Of a stretch of DNA of 64,000 nucleotides, positions 1 through 10,276 are shown piece by piece; the first letter of the stretch is position 1, and each line of letters starts with the position of its first letter. The position numbers and the translations under genes are program-made. The DNA is taken from positions 42,880 to 106,879 of the forward strand of contig CAMEWE010000002.1 of assembly GCA_945939695.1 (NCBI GenBank). The letters run 5' to 3'. The notes beneath the pieces were generated by a model. It was not told the origin of the DNA. It was given only the letters and a program-made list of their open reading frames with translations, and searched no databases. The stretch is from an uncultured Bacteroidales bacterium. Lineage in GTDB: Bacteria; Bacteroidota; Bacteroidia; Bacteroidales; UBA932.

Positions 1-420
1 GTCATTTACTTTCTTTCAAAATGTGATTACAGGATTCTGGCAAGCGACTCCTTTACTAACGTCAAAGCCGGTTATGAGGATAAAAGGCTGACATCCGTAA
101 AGGAGTACATAAGCACACATCTGACTGATAACATCAAATTGGCGAAACTGGCCGAGATAGCCGGGATGAGTCCAAGCGCATTCAGCCACTTCTTCAAGAA
201 ACACACAAGCATAACACTTTCAGACTATATCATAAAGATGAAACTTAGCCGTGCGTCAAGGGCGCTCGTCTCTTCAACTCTGAATATATCTGAAATATGT
301 TATGCTTCAGGGTTCAACAATATGTCCAATTTCAACAGAATCTTCAAGAACCGCAAGGGCATGTCGCCAAAAGAGTTCCGGGAGCTGTACAAAAAGGACA
401 AGGTAATCGAGACCTACTGA
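1..420 (+). CDS. AraC-family transcriptional regulator, C-terminal HTH part (5' end outside window)
   Basis: Frame 1 is open from base 1. Double-HTH signature LAEIAGMSPSAFSHFFKK...ISEICYASGFNNMSNFNRIFK...GMSPKEFR. Confidence 0.92.
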   Translation, partial: VIYFLSKCDYRILASDSFTNVKAGYEDKRLTSVKEYISTHLTDNIKLAKLAEIAGMSPSAFSHFFKKHTSITLSDYIIKMKLSRASRALVSSTLNISEICYASGFNNMSNFNRIFKNRKGMSPKEFRELYKKDKVIETY

Positions 421-431
421 AAAAGCCCGGC

Positions 432-2960
432 CTACTGATTCATGTTCAGCATTCTGTCAGCTGCAAGAGCCATGTATGCAAAGCAGGTGGTGTGCCCTCC
501 CATACAGTACTCGCCTTCCTGCCAGAGATATGGGAAACGAAGAAGTTCAGGGAGATCAGGCCTGATGGTGTTGACTCCCGGAGCCACGCCGCCTGGCAGA
601 TATGACCAATCTGCACGGTTGACACCATATGCCTCCTTCATTGTCTCTGAACCGACACCCGTGACGAATGATGACTGATTCTGTCCAGGATGCATTCCGA
701 GCAGGAACTGCATGCAGTTGAGGAAGTAAGTAGGTTCGAACAGTTCAGGGTAGAACTGTGACAGCCAAGCATACTGATATCCTTGCATCTGAGGCTCCCA
801 GGAGCCTGAGCTGCGGTTGCCTCTGTCGTGAGGAACACCATAAGGACTCTTTGCCGCCTGCTCATCATACATCTGCTTGACCTTAGGAAGAGCTGCCAGA
901 ATGGCTTTATGGAATTTTGAATCTCCGACGGTCTGGTCGAACTTGCCGATATACCATCCGTGTTGTGAAATGCCCTTTACGATTTCATCTTTCTTTGACA
1001 GGACATAATCCTTATATTCTTTCTTCCCTGTTGTAAGGAAAAGCTCAACCGCAGTTTTGATTTTGGTAGAAGCCATGCGGCCTTGCGCGTTCGTGGTGGC
1101 ATAGACCGTTTCCGCTATCTCAATACAGCGATTGGCAAGGGTGTCATTATGACCTCTGAGCACGCGCGCGATTCCAGCCAGATTGGCGGCCGTGTTAAGT
1201 TCCCGGCCAGGGTTGTCTTCAGTGAACACCCATCTGTCATCGGAGGTGCCGACAATTCCGTCGGTATGGGATGCAGCATCTCCAAGATGGACATATTGTC
1301 TCACCGTCGGGCAGAGAATGCCCCGGTAGAAACGCCCGAGCGCATCCCAACCGGCGACAATTGACAGTGCCCCGTTCTCGACCTGCTGGAGTACATCATT
1401 GCGACCGTCAGGTTGATGGATCTCGACTATATGCTTGTCGAAATCTATTGCAGTCTCATCCCAGTAGGCGCCGAGGTTCTCATACATCATGGCCAGAATA
1501 TATGCTTCTCCCGACTGCGATTCTATTCTGAGGTCGTAGTCGCCTGCATCGTGCCATCCGCCTACAGCCAAACCGGGAACCTTATCCCCTGGAGAAAACC
1601 TGGTAAGTGTACTCGGGCCCTGGCTGTACCCGTCAATATGATTGATATTGGTCTTGGCCATCAACGCATCATCATCGTGGCAGCGGTCGTGCCATACACG
1701 GTATTTCTCGTTGACCCTCATATGGCACATCTGTATAGGCAGGAAATATTCTATTTCCGTTTGCCATATTCCTCTGTCCCACACATCATCGGCGATGCGG
1801 AAAACAGGTGAGAGGCTCTTCCCATAAACCACTTGATAAAGACCCTCCTCCCTGATGTCCGAAAAGTCAAACTGGAGGTAACGGTATCTCATGAAATTCC
1901 CCCAATCCCTGGCGGGTTCCTGGCGCACAAGCTCCTTTCCCTCTGCAGTTATCCTGTATAAGGCTGGGCTCAGGAACGACGTTTCCCTGCCGTCCAATTC
2001 AATGACTGCCATTTTCTGCTGTGATGGATGATATCCGATCTGAGATGTCTGTACGACCGGAGCATGTCTCCATTCACTGGATACAGACGGACGGATTATC
2101 CATTTTGCCACCTCACCGCTTGCTCCCGCTTTGAATTCTGTCCTCAAGATAAACCAGCCGTTGTTGTGGTTGATTCTTCCGTCATAAAGCTTGAGCTCAC
2201 ATCCTTCTCCCTCTATCGTCAACTTTCCAAGTTCGTCATGCGGATTGAGAGTGAAGATGCGTCCGCTGGCAAGAGGAGCTGATACTATGTCATCCGCAAT
2301 CATGGGGTTGAATACGGAACGGTCACCGAGAAGCTGCTCCACATCAGCCTTGCCTCTAGGGTTATAGTCGCCAATATGCTTCGTGTTGCTTTCCTGATGC
2401 ATGGTCGGGCCGTTAGGCTGATGCGGGAAAATGCCGGTTATGTTGTCCATTATCCATGGCTTGCCCAGAAGAGTGGACGGAACCAGTTCAAGATTGAAGC
2501 CAAGTTTTCCCTCATACTTCTCCGGCATTGCTTCGTCCATATTGACCGTCAACTCAAGATGGTCGCCGACGCCTTTGACTTTTATTGTATATGAAAAGGC
2601 AAAGTCAGGGTAAAGCATAGGGTTGAAGCCGCTCATATGCTTGCTGGAATCCGGATAGCTGAGCATGACACTTATCGAATTGTCCTCGGTATCAACTGAA
2701 CGTTTCCTCAGTTTTGGCAGGCCCTGCCACTGACCCTGGGATACTTCAAAGCGTACATCCCCGTTGGCGGCTCTCCGGTCACCGTTAAGGACAATTGTAA
2801 CACCGCCCTGGTGGCCCTCAGGATAAACGTCGCTGAAGACCATGACATTGGATCCCTCATTTTCGAAATACTCGGAGGAATTCAGCTTGAAACTCTGTGC
2901 ATTGAGTGAAAGGCCCAGCATCAGAGAAAGGCAAAAAAGGATTGATTTTCTGATTGTCAT
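432..2960 (-). CDS. Glycoside hydrolase family 9 endoglucanase/xyloglucanase with signal peptide and Ig-like N-domain
   Basis: GGWHDAGDY catalytic motif. SQIGYHP...K.AV Ig-like segment precedes the catalytic domain. N-terminal signal peptide. Confidence 0.88.
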   Translation of the reverse strand: MTIRKSILFCLSLMLGLSLNAQSFKLNSSEYFENEGSNVMVFSDVYPEGHQGGVTIVLNGDRRAANGDVRFEVSQGQWQGLPKLRKRSVDTEDNSISVMLSYPDSSKHMSGFNPMLYPDFAFSYTIKVKGVGDHLELTVNMDEAMPEKYEGKLGFNLELVPSTLLGKPWIMDNITGIFPHQPNGPTMHQESNTKHIGDYNPRGKADVEQLLGDRSVFNPMIADDIVSAPLASGRIFTLNPHDELGKLTIEGEGCELKLYDGRINHNNGWFILRTEFKAGASGEVAKWIIRPSVSSEWRHAPVVQTSQIGYHPSQQKMAVIELDGRETSFLSPALYRITAEGKELVRQEPARDWGNFMRYRYLQFDFSDIREEGLYQVVYGKSLSPVFRIADDVWDRGIWQTEIEYFLPIQMCHMRVNEKYRVWHDRCHDDDALMAKTNINHIDGYSQGPSTLTRFSPGDKVPGLAVGGWHDAGDYDLRIESQSGEAYILAMMYENLGAYWDETAIDFDKHIVEIHQPDGRNDVLQQVENGALSIVAGWDALGRFYRGILCPTVRQYVHLGDAASHTDGIVGTSDDRWVFTEDNPGRELNTAANLAGIARVLRGHNDTLANRCIEIAETVYATTNAQGRMASTKIKTAVELFLTTGKKEYKDYVLSKKDEIVKGISQHGWYIGKFDQTVGDSKFHKAILAALPKVKQMYDEQAAKSPYGVPHDRGNRSSGSWEPQMQGYQYAWLSQFYPELFEPTYFLNCMQFLLGMHPGQNQSSFVTGVGSETMKEAYGVNRADWSYLPGGVAPGVNTIRPDLPELLRFPYLWQEGEYCMGGHTTCFAYMALAADRMLNMNQ

Positions 2961-2966
2961 AATATA

Positions 2967-5282
2967 TTATTGTTTCGGATCGCCATAAACTACTCCACGA
3001 CCGTGCGTTCCAACATAGACGCGGCCATATTTCTTCGGGTCGCCTGTGATATGGAGGACAAGCCCATACTGATGCTCGTCATCATTGATTCGCACCCAGG
3101 TCCTGGCAACATCATCGGAACGGAAGAAGCCTCTCACGCCATCTACAGTTCCAACGAGATAAATAGACGGATAAGTGCTGCCCGGTTTTGGTGCGCCGAA
3201 GCCGAAGGCGTGTATTTCACGGACGTGGCTCATCGCCGTAAATTTCCCGTTAGGCAGGATATGATACAAGCCGTCAAAGGCAGCAATCCACAAATCATTT
3301 TCTCTGTCAGGAGCTGAATATACCCTATCCTGACCTCCGCGGCTGTCTCCGCGGCTTGAGCGCTGGCTCCCCAAAGGCTCCAGAACCTTTCTTGCCGTGA
3401 AAGACCTGGCGCCGTCATTGCTCTCATACAGAAGTCCCGTGCTTATCTCCAGCGAATAGAATCTGCCAGGATTTACTTTGTCGGCAATCACTCGCTGACC
3501 GGCAGGAATACCCTGGGATTCATTCCAGGTTTTACCAAAATCGGAAGTATAGTAAACAGGAGAGCGGTCAGGAGTCCATACCCACACATTGCCGTCAGAC
3601 GATACCGCAATATGGCCATTCCGGCCAGTCGGTACAGGTACGCTTTCCGGTTCAAGCCAGGAAGCCCCGCCATCAAGAGAATAAGAAATGTTCTTCCCTG
3701 TATAGCCTCCGTGCACCGTACCCACCCTGACTACGAGTTCAGGCCTGAGTTCCGCTCCTGCAACGCCGTTAGTGTTCCCGAATCGTGGATCGTGGTGGGA
3801 ATCTCCTGCGGGAACATCGAGGTCGTAGTGTGTGAATCCGCCATAGTCTCCTATGCCGCTTATCAGCCAGGCACCTTCCTTCGGGCTGTACAATTCAAGA
3901 GGCACAGTCTCTTCTATTCCTGTACTCATAACTGACCATACTGTAGGTTTATTCCTGTCGATGTCAGAAAGGTTGAATGTTTCCCATCCGCCATATCCAG
4001 TAGTGAACATGGCGTGATCTGAATTGCAAGGGTCAATCTCGATGTCGAACAGCCAGTGTATTCCAGTATTGATGACATAAGGAGCCTTCGACTCATCATA
4101 TATCCCGCCGCTTGCGAAAACCCCCTTCCAGGTCTTGCCTCCGTCCGTTGAGCGGAAAATGTCCTCGCCTGACGCCTTCCCGGCAATGTGCAGGCCAAAG
4201 GTGCTGGCAATGATATGTTTCGGATTACGCAGGTCCACTGACACGGAAACATAGGCGAACGGATTGTCTTCATCCGGTTTGACTGGCGTTATTTCTGTCC
4301 AGCGCGAGGTCTTCAGGTCATATTTCCAAACGGCTCCATTCTTCATTGTCTGCGGGCCGGGATTGGTTCCATACGTGATGTATATGCACCTGTCGGACGA
4401 AATGACGCCGTGATTAGGCATATATTGGAGAGGAGCGCCTTCAACAGGAGCCCACGAGGCTCCTCCATCACGTGAGATGAACATATTCTCCTTATCCATC
4501 TGAGAGTATCCGACAATGATGGTCTGAGAGCACCCGTCTTTCTCGGAATCCTTGTCGAACAGTACGAAAACCACCCCGCAGCCTTGACGGCGCCGAAGCT
4601 CCATAGCCTTCGCAAACTGCTCTCTTTCTTCCGGGCTCATCTGAGCCTGTTGGTTCTGGGCCCCTCTCTTCATCTGAGGCATTGGAGCTTCAGGCTCCAC
4701 ATAATTGGAGAGCATCTCCGAGAATGATGTCACTTCCGAGAAGCTTTCGCCTCTATCAGTGCTCTTCCAGAGCCCTGCCTTTCGCGTGCCTACATAAATG
4801 ATGTCTGAATTGTTCGGGTCAACAGCCATCCTCTCGCCGTTACCTCTGCCATTCTCGTTTCCGCCCATTTTGAAAGGCACATCCGTGCGTTCAAAAGTCA
4901 GTCCACCGTCGTGGGAACGGAATATTGCACCATTGGAAGAAGATGTATATGTGCCACAGTCAAGGTAAACGGTCATGGGGTCGTTGGGATCCACGGCAAT
5001 GCTTTCCACTCCTACCAGGTTGTTGTCGGCATAACTTATGAAATCAGTCATGCATACCCATCTCCCGGCGGCGGAATCCCATCGGTATGCGCCACCCATA
5101 TCGGTCCTCGCATAACGGACATCTTTTGCTGTAGGATGAAATATTATGCCGTCACAGAAACCGCCACCGACGATTTGGGCATTCTTCCACTCATATGGTT
5201 CGGTCCTTACCGGCAATGCAGCGTATATGGGACTGAACACCGTTCCAAATGCTATCGCAAAAAGTACACTTCTGCAGTTCAT
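2967..5282 (-). CDS. Glycoside hydrolase family 74 xyloglucanase (double beta-propeller, BNR repeats)
   Basis: IVGGGFCDGIIFHP, YARTDMGGAYRWD, GGNENGRGNGERMAVDP and IGDYGGF (both catalytic Asp present). Repeated SxDGGxTW. Signal peptide. Confidence 0.9.
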   Translation of the reverse strand: MNCRSVLFAIAFGTVFSPIYAALPVRTEPYEWKNAQIVGGGFCDGIIFHPTAKDVRYARTDMGGAYRWDSAAGRWVCMTDFISYADNNLVGVESIAVDPNDPMTVYLDCGTYTSSSNGAIFRSHDGGLTFERTDVPFKMGGNENGRGNGERMAVDPNNSDIIYVGTRKAGLWKSTDRGESFSEVTSFSEMLSNYVEPEAPMPQMKRGAQNQQAQMSPEEREQFAKAMELRRRQGCGVVFVLFDKDSEKDGCSQTIIVGYSQMDKENMFISRDGGASWAPVEGAPLQYMPNHGVISSDRCIYITYGTNPGPQTMKNGAVWKYDLKTSRWTEITPVKPDEDNPFAYVSVSVDLRNPKHIIASTFGLHIAGKASGEDIFRSTDGGKTWKGVFASGGIYDESKAPYVINTGIHWLFDIEIDPCNSDHAMFTTGYGGWETFNLSDIDRNKPTVWSVMSTGIEETVPLELYSPKEGAWLISGIGDYGGFTHYDLDVPAGDSHHDPRFGNTNGVAGAELRPELVVRVGTVHGGYTGKNISYSLDGGASWLEPESVPVPTGRNGHIAVSSDGNVWVWTPDRSPVYYTSDFGKTWNESQGIPAGQRVIADKVNPGRFYSLEISTGLLYESNDGARSFTARKVLEPLGSQRSSRGDSRGGQDRVYSAPDRENDLWIAAFDGLYHILPNGKFTAMSHVREIHAFGFGAPKPGSTYPSIYLVGTVDGVRGFFRSDDVARTWVRINDDEHQYGLVLHITGDPKKYGRVYVGTHGRGVVYGDPKQ

Positions 5283-5291
5283 AATCTCATA

Positions 5292-7523
5292 CTAATATTT
5301 TACGTCATACTGCTTGCTCCAATCGATTTCGGAAGTGGATTGTGCGACCGGGACGTGAGGGATGACGGCACCTTTCTTCACGAGTATGATGCAAGGTATG
5401 TCTCCCGCTTCAATTCTGTTCCAGCCGGCCTTGTAAACCTTCCTGGTCTGATAATCCACCCACTTTCCCTCAGGGAGGTAAACATCCCTGGAAGAGCATT
5501 CTTCAAATAGGGGAGCGACGAGAATGTCGGAGCCGAAAAGGTACTCATCATCCAAAGTCCAAACACAAGGATCTTCAGGATATTCAATAAGCAGAGCCCT
5601 CAGCATAGGCAAACCATTTTCGACACAGTCCTCCGCCTGCTCCAGGATATAAGGCATCAGCTTATACTTCAACTCGGCCGATGCCCTGAATGCATCTGTA
5701 AAGCTCTCATTGTAGAGCCAAGGTTCGGTCGGAGGAGCACCGTGTGCACGTGTGTGGGAAGTCAGGAATCCGAATGGAAGCCATCTGCGATACAGTCCTT
5801 CAGGGGTACTCTTGACGAATCCTCCTATGTCGTGGCTCCAGAAGGCGAAACCGCTCAGTCCGAAGGAAAGACCGCAACGGAGGGTCGCCTGCATACCCAC
5901 GTCAGTGTTGGAGGCATCACCTCCCCAGTGAAGCGGGTATCTTTGAGAACCGGCCCAAGCGCTTCTCGACCACATGATTCTCTGCCCGTTGGTTTTCTTT
6001 ATTATATCGGACAGCGCCTTGTTGTATCTGAGAGGATAGAGATTATGCTCGTAAAGTCCACTCCTTCCGGATGCATAATACCCTGTCAATGGCGCTCCTT
6101 CACCAAAATCACCTTTGATGGCACTTACGCCAATTTTCAGCAAACCTTCAATCTTTCCCTGATACCACTGTACGGTCCGAGGATTTGAGAAATCGAGGAC
6201 AACGTCCTCAAACGGAAGACCGCCTTTCTGGTTCTTTACATAAAGGCCCTTGTCTATAAGCTCATTGTAGTACTTGTTGTGAGGTGTAAAATACGGCAGC
6301 TGCCAAAGGCAGATATGGAATCCATCCTTGGAAAGATCTTCCATCATCTTCGATGCATCGCTGAAACGGCTCGGTGCGAACTCATAGTCACATTCCCAGT
6401 CGGTCTCAAACCATCCTGTATCAATATGGATAACGTCTGACGGAATCCTATGGCTGCGCAGATTGGCGGCAACATCATATACTTCATCCTGACTGAGGTA
6501 GGTTATCCTGCTCATCCAGGTCCCGAAACTCCATACAGGAGGCATCTCAGCCTTTCCGGTAAGGTCTGTGTAGGCATCCAGAATCTCTTTCGGGGTACCG
6601 AGGAAGATGAAGAAGTCCATAGTTTCATCTTCCATAAATAGTTTCATCGCAGGGGCGTGAGTATTGCCGAAATCACATGTTACGGGAGCCGATGTATGCA
6701 TGAATATTCCATAACCGCGATTGCTGAAAAAGAATGGAATAGGCTTATACATGTCAGGAGTCTCCGGACTCTGGGGATCCGTGACGAAGAGATTGAGTTT
6801 CTGACCGACTTTGTTGATGGAGCTTGAAGACTCCCCGCAGCCCACTATCCTCTCATTCGCATGAAGAGCAAAAACAGGATTGATGCTTCTTCTGTTGTCG
6901 GAAGCCCTTCTTATGAATTGGAAAGGATGAGTCGGAACCTGTGTGGAATCATTGTCGGAAAAAGTTCTGGTATCAGCAATCTCCCGTCCTGCACTGTCGT
7001 AGATAACAATACGAAAAGGATTCTCGTCTAGAGCAATGGAGCCGTGCTCTCCTGTCCATTTGTGCTCGCTGCCTACTTTTGAATACTGCCATGGAGTCCC
7101 AACTGATGGCTGTCCCTCGGCAAGCATCAGGGAATTCTCCTGCTCCGGTATCACAACAGGAGATGTGTATATCCTTACTCTGACAGTTCGAGGCCCCACG
7201 AAATCTATCTTGAACGGAAGAGTCGGGTCATTGTCATACTCCGTGCTTGGGAAATCAAGCATCTTCAGAGGCCGCATCGCTGTCGTTGTCGTATTGAATG
7301 CCTGGCGGGAGAAGAGACTGTAACGTTTCCAGCTTATATGACCTGATGCATCTGCCGGATTGACGTCAGATACAGCATCGGCGAAGAAATAATTATGGGA
7401 GTAATCCTCAAAGTCCTTGCTTACATCATAGGTGGCACTCTGAAGATATGGAGGCTGTGCAATAGCCGTGGTGCAGATCAGCAGGAAAACTGCAAGTGGT
7501 GTAAACCTTTTCATATTTCTCAT
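5292..7523 (-). CDS. GH31 alpha-xylosidase, YicI-like
   Basis: KGDFGE nucleophile, WGGD acid/base, WSHDIGGF, HTRAHG. Start is probably ATG 7523 or 7514 rather than the TTG at 7541. Confidence 0.88.
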   Translation of the reverse strand: MRNMKRFTPLAVFLLICTTAIAQPPYLQSATYDVSKDFEDYSHNYFFADAVSDVNPADASGHISWKRYSLFSRQAFNTTTTAMRPLKMLDFPSTEYDNDPTLPFKIDFVGPRTVRVRIYTSPVVIPEQENSLMLAEGQPSVGTPWQYSKVGSEHKWTGEHGSIALDENPFRIVIYDSAGREIADTRTFSDNDSTQVPTHPFQFIRRASDNRRSINPVFALHANERIVGCGESSSSINKVGQKLNLFVTDPQSPETPDMYKPIPFFFSNRGYGIFMHTSAPVTCDFGNTHAPAMKLFMEDETMDFFIFLGTPKEILDAYTDLTGKAEMPPVWSFGTWMSRITYLSQDEVYDVAANLRSHRIPSDVIHIDTGWFETDWECDYEFAPSRFSDASKMMEDLSKDGFHICLWQLPYFTPHNKYYNELIDKGLYVKNQKGGLPFEDVVLDFSNPRTVQWYQGKIEGLLKIGVSAIKGDFGEGAPLTGYYASGRSGLYEHNLYPLRYNKALSDIIKKTNGQRIMWSRSAWAGSQRYPLHWGGDASNTDVGMQATLRCGLSFGLSGFAFWSHDIGGFVKSTPEGLYRRWLPFGFLTSHTRAHGAPPTEPWLYNESFTDAFRASAELKYKLMPYILEQAEDCVENGLPMLRALLIEYPEDPCVWTLDDEYLFGSDILVAPLFEECSSRDVYLPEGKWVDYQTRKVYKAGWNRIEAGDIPCIILVKKGAVIPHVPVAQSTSEIDWSKQYDVKY

Positions 7524-7542
7524 TGTATCAAAATGTTGCAAA

Positions 7543-9978
7543 TCATAAGGTAAAGCTGATCCGGCGACCCTTGTAGCTCACAGTCTTGGCTGTATTCTCT
7601 CCGGCTATCGTAAGCACAAATGTGCGGTTCTTCAGCATGCCTTCGTAGGAGCCTGTCCTGTCCCCTATGGTAAGAGTACGGGTAGAATCGTCCCATGAAA
7701 TAGGAATCTCGCTGTAGGCCCCGTTTTCATAGTTGTAATTGTCGAGTTCATCCTCATAGAGAACGAAGCTTGCGTCTTCTCCCGGATAAATCCTGATTTC
7801 AAGCTTTTTCCATTTCTTTTCCGTCGAATACTGGACCTTTTCCGTTGTAAACGGAACGATGGATCCTGCCTTTACATAAAGAGGAAGGATGTCTATGGGA
7901 GCCATCCTGGTTATGCTGCGCCCGCCTTCCTGCTTTTCATTTGTCCAGAAATCTATCCAGTTCGACCCGGCAGGAAGATATACTTCCCTGGCGACTGTCC
8001 TGTCTTCTCCTGTGCCGTCTTCCAGGACAGGGGCGACAAGGAAAGTATGTCCGAACATGAACTCGTCGGAAATGTCATAAGTATTTCTGTCATCCGGGGC
8101 TTCAAGGGAGAGCTGGCGCATAAAGGAAAAGTCATTCTTGGTGACTTCCCACGCAGTTGAATAAAGATAAGGGAGAAGAGAATACCTGAGGTTGATGAAC
8201 TTTTCCTGAACGTCAAAAGCCCAATATCCCCTTTCTCCGAACTGATAAATCTCTCTCGGAGAACCTGTGCCGTGGGCACGCATCATAGGATTGAATACTG
8301 CAAACTGGAACCATCGGCAGTAAAACTCCTGGTAGCCCGGGTCTGTATTGGCCGTATTGTATACATTTCCATAAGGATGCCAGGCACCGATATCGGTATT
8401 CCAATATGGGATACCGCAAATGGAGAAATTCAAGCCCGCAGGAATCTGTTTTCTGAAAACATCCCAGGAAGCACGGACGTCGCCGCTCCAAGAACCGGCC
8501 CCATATCTCTGTATGCCGGCAAAGGCGGAACGAGTGAGGATGTACACTCTCTTATCCGAGCTTGTGGCCCTCTGGCTTTCGTAAATATTCTTGCTTACCC
8601 ACAGCGGATACGTGTTTCGGATATTGCGAAGCGGGCCTTGGGCTGTCTGCAGATTGAAATCCCCCGGGGTGGTATTATAGAACTCAGGTTCAGGACCATC
8701 CAGCCACCAGGCGGACATGCCCGGCTGAAAGAGATTTCTGTTCATATAGTCCCAGAAAATGTCTTTCGCCTTCGGATTCCATACATCATATACCTTTGCC
8801 TCCTTTGGAGATGTTTGCATAGGGTAGACAGCGCCTATTTCTGAAAGGTCCTTATATACGGCCGTATTCTCTCCGACTGAAGGCCAAACGGAAATCATCA
8901 TCTTGGCGTTGAGCTTGTCCAGGCTTGCGAACATCTCACCGTAATTGCTGAATGCCGGATTGTTGAAGCCCAAAGAGTTCCAGTCGGCATTGTCCTCTCC
9001 CCAGTATTTCCAATCCTGGATGACTGCATCCAGCGGTACGCCGAGAGAACGGTATTTTGAAGCTACCTCTACAACTTCATCAGCTGATTTGTACCGTTCC
9101 TTGCACTGCCAGAAACCGAAAGTCCACAGAGGAGCCTGCCTTGCCTTGCCGGTAAGTTGACGAAGGAGGGCAATGGTCCTGTCTCCGTCTCCTCCGTATA
9201 GGAAGTAGTAATCGACAGCCTCTGCAGCCTCGGATGTAAATGAGGTCCCCATAAGTGTATCATCAAAGCGTGTGATGGAGTAACTGTCCCAATATACGCC
9301 ATAGCCCTTCACCGAAGCAAAATACGGTATTGCAATCTCCATATTGTTCTGCTCGAGATTCAGCCTCTGTCCCCTCTGGTTCATCAGCCCGCTCTGATGC
9401 TGACCGAGGCCATAAATGAACTCGTCCTCATCAAGGATAAAGGACTGGGTGACCTCATTCGTCTTCTCCGTTATCGTTCTCGGTCCGCCATTCTGCATGC
9501 CCGGCGTATCATGTCCGGGAGAACTTTGAGTCGGTGTGACTGTTTTGGTACCGGATGCGGCCTGCTGCGGGGCTCTCTGGGGACGTATTCTCTGGACGAA
9601 CTGGACGGGGACAAATTTCACACCATACTCCTGTTCTGAGAGTATCCTTTCTCCGCTAAGGCTGTTGAACTGTATCTTTCCTGTGGTAAGATCCATTGAC
9701 ACTTCCAGGGCGGACGAACGTGCTGTTACGCTGCCGTCCCCGTTGATGACCTGGACCTTTGGTGACTGAGGCTCGAGTACTACCACAAAATCTTTCTTCC
9801 TGGAAAGGTCGGAAGTGGAAGATGTCTTGAACACGCGGACGATGTCAGGTGTATAGAACTCGACCTTTACATCCACACCTCTTACAGAGGCACTGAAACC
9901 TGAATCCGTAGTCTTTACCTGTCCCGACAGCAGTATGGGCAGATATGAAGCTATAAACAATAAAAGAGTTTTTCTCAT
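7543..9978 (-). CDS. GH31 alpha-xylosidase (Bacteroides-type, with C-terminal DUF5110-like region)
   Basis: WWLDGPEPE, WSGD, YWNTDIGA, RWFQF and LYEDE..NYNYE.G motifs. Signal peptide MRKTLLLF starts at ATG 9978. Confidence 0.88.
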   Translation of the reverse strand: MRKTLLLFIASYLPILLSGQVKTTDSGFSASVRGVDVKVEFYTPDIVRVFKTSSTSDLSRKKDFVVVLEPQSPKVQVINGDGSVTARSSALEVSMDLTTGKIQFNSLSGERILSEQEYGVKFVPVQFVQRIRPQRAPQQAASGTKTVTPTQSSPGHDTPGMQNGGPRTITEKTNEVTQSFILDEDEFIYGLGQHQSGLMNQRGQRLNLEQNNMEIAIPYFASVKGYGVYWDSYSITRFDDTLMGTSFTSEAAEAVDYYFLYGGDGDRTIALLRQLTGKARQAPLWTFGFWQCKERYKSADEVVEVASKYRSLGVPLDAVIQDWKYWGEDNADWNSLGFNNPAFSNYGEMFASLDKLNAKMMISVWPSVGENTAVYKDLSEIGAVYPMQTSPKEAKVYDVWNPKAKDIFWDYMNRNLFQPGMSAWWLDGPEPEFYNTTPGDFNLQTAQGPLRNIRNTYPLWVSKNIYESQRATSSDKRVYILTRSAFAGIQRYGAGSWSGDVRASWDVFRKQIPAGLNFSICGIPYWNTDIGAWHPYGNVYNTANTDPGYQEFYCRWFQFAVFNPMMRAHGTGSPREIYQFGERGYWAFDVQEKFINLRYSLLPYLYSTAWEVTKNDFSFMRQLSLEAPDDRNTYDISDEFMFGHTFLVAPVLEDGTGEDRTVAREVYLPAGSNWIDFWTNEKQEGGRSITRMAPIDILPLYVKAGSIVPFTTEKVQYSTEKKWKKLEIRIYPGEDASFVLYEDELDNYNYENGAYSEIPISWDDSTRTLTIGDRTGSYEGMLKNRTFVLTIAGENTAKTVSYKGRRISFTL

Positions 9979-10153
9979 ATTCTGATTGATTGTTTGTTTG
10001 ATTTCTACCTGGACTTGATATCTGAGCATAGACGTATATCCTTGTCTGAGGCCTTTTCATCCTCTGAAATTACGTGCGAGCCTATGCATAAACAATGATA
10101 TTAAAGTTGTATAATTAGTCTATTTAGTATCATATGCGGCGAGAAATGATTAC

Positions 10154-10161
10154 TACCTTTG
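10154..10161 (+). promoter_or_regulatory. Bacteroidetes -7 promoter box TACCTTTG for the divergent GH31
   Basis: Matches TAnnTTTG and is followed by an A-rich leader. Confidence 0.6.
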
Positions 10162-10276
10162 CAACAAAATAAACAAAAAAATCCGACATTCGGGCGGCCG
10201 TCACAGTCTGTCGGAATCAACATAGCCACAAAGTATATTCATTCAGCAAAAAATGCACAAAATAAATAAGTTCAAT

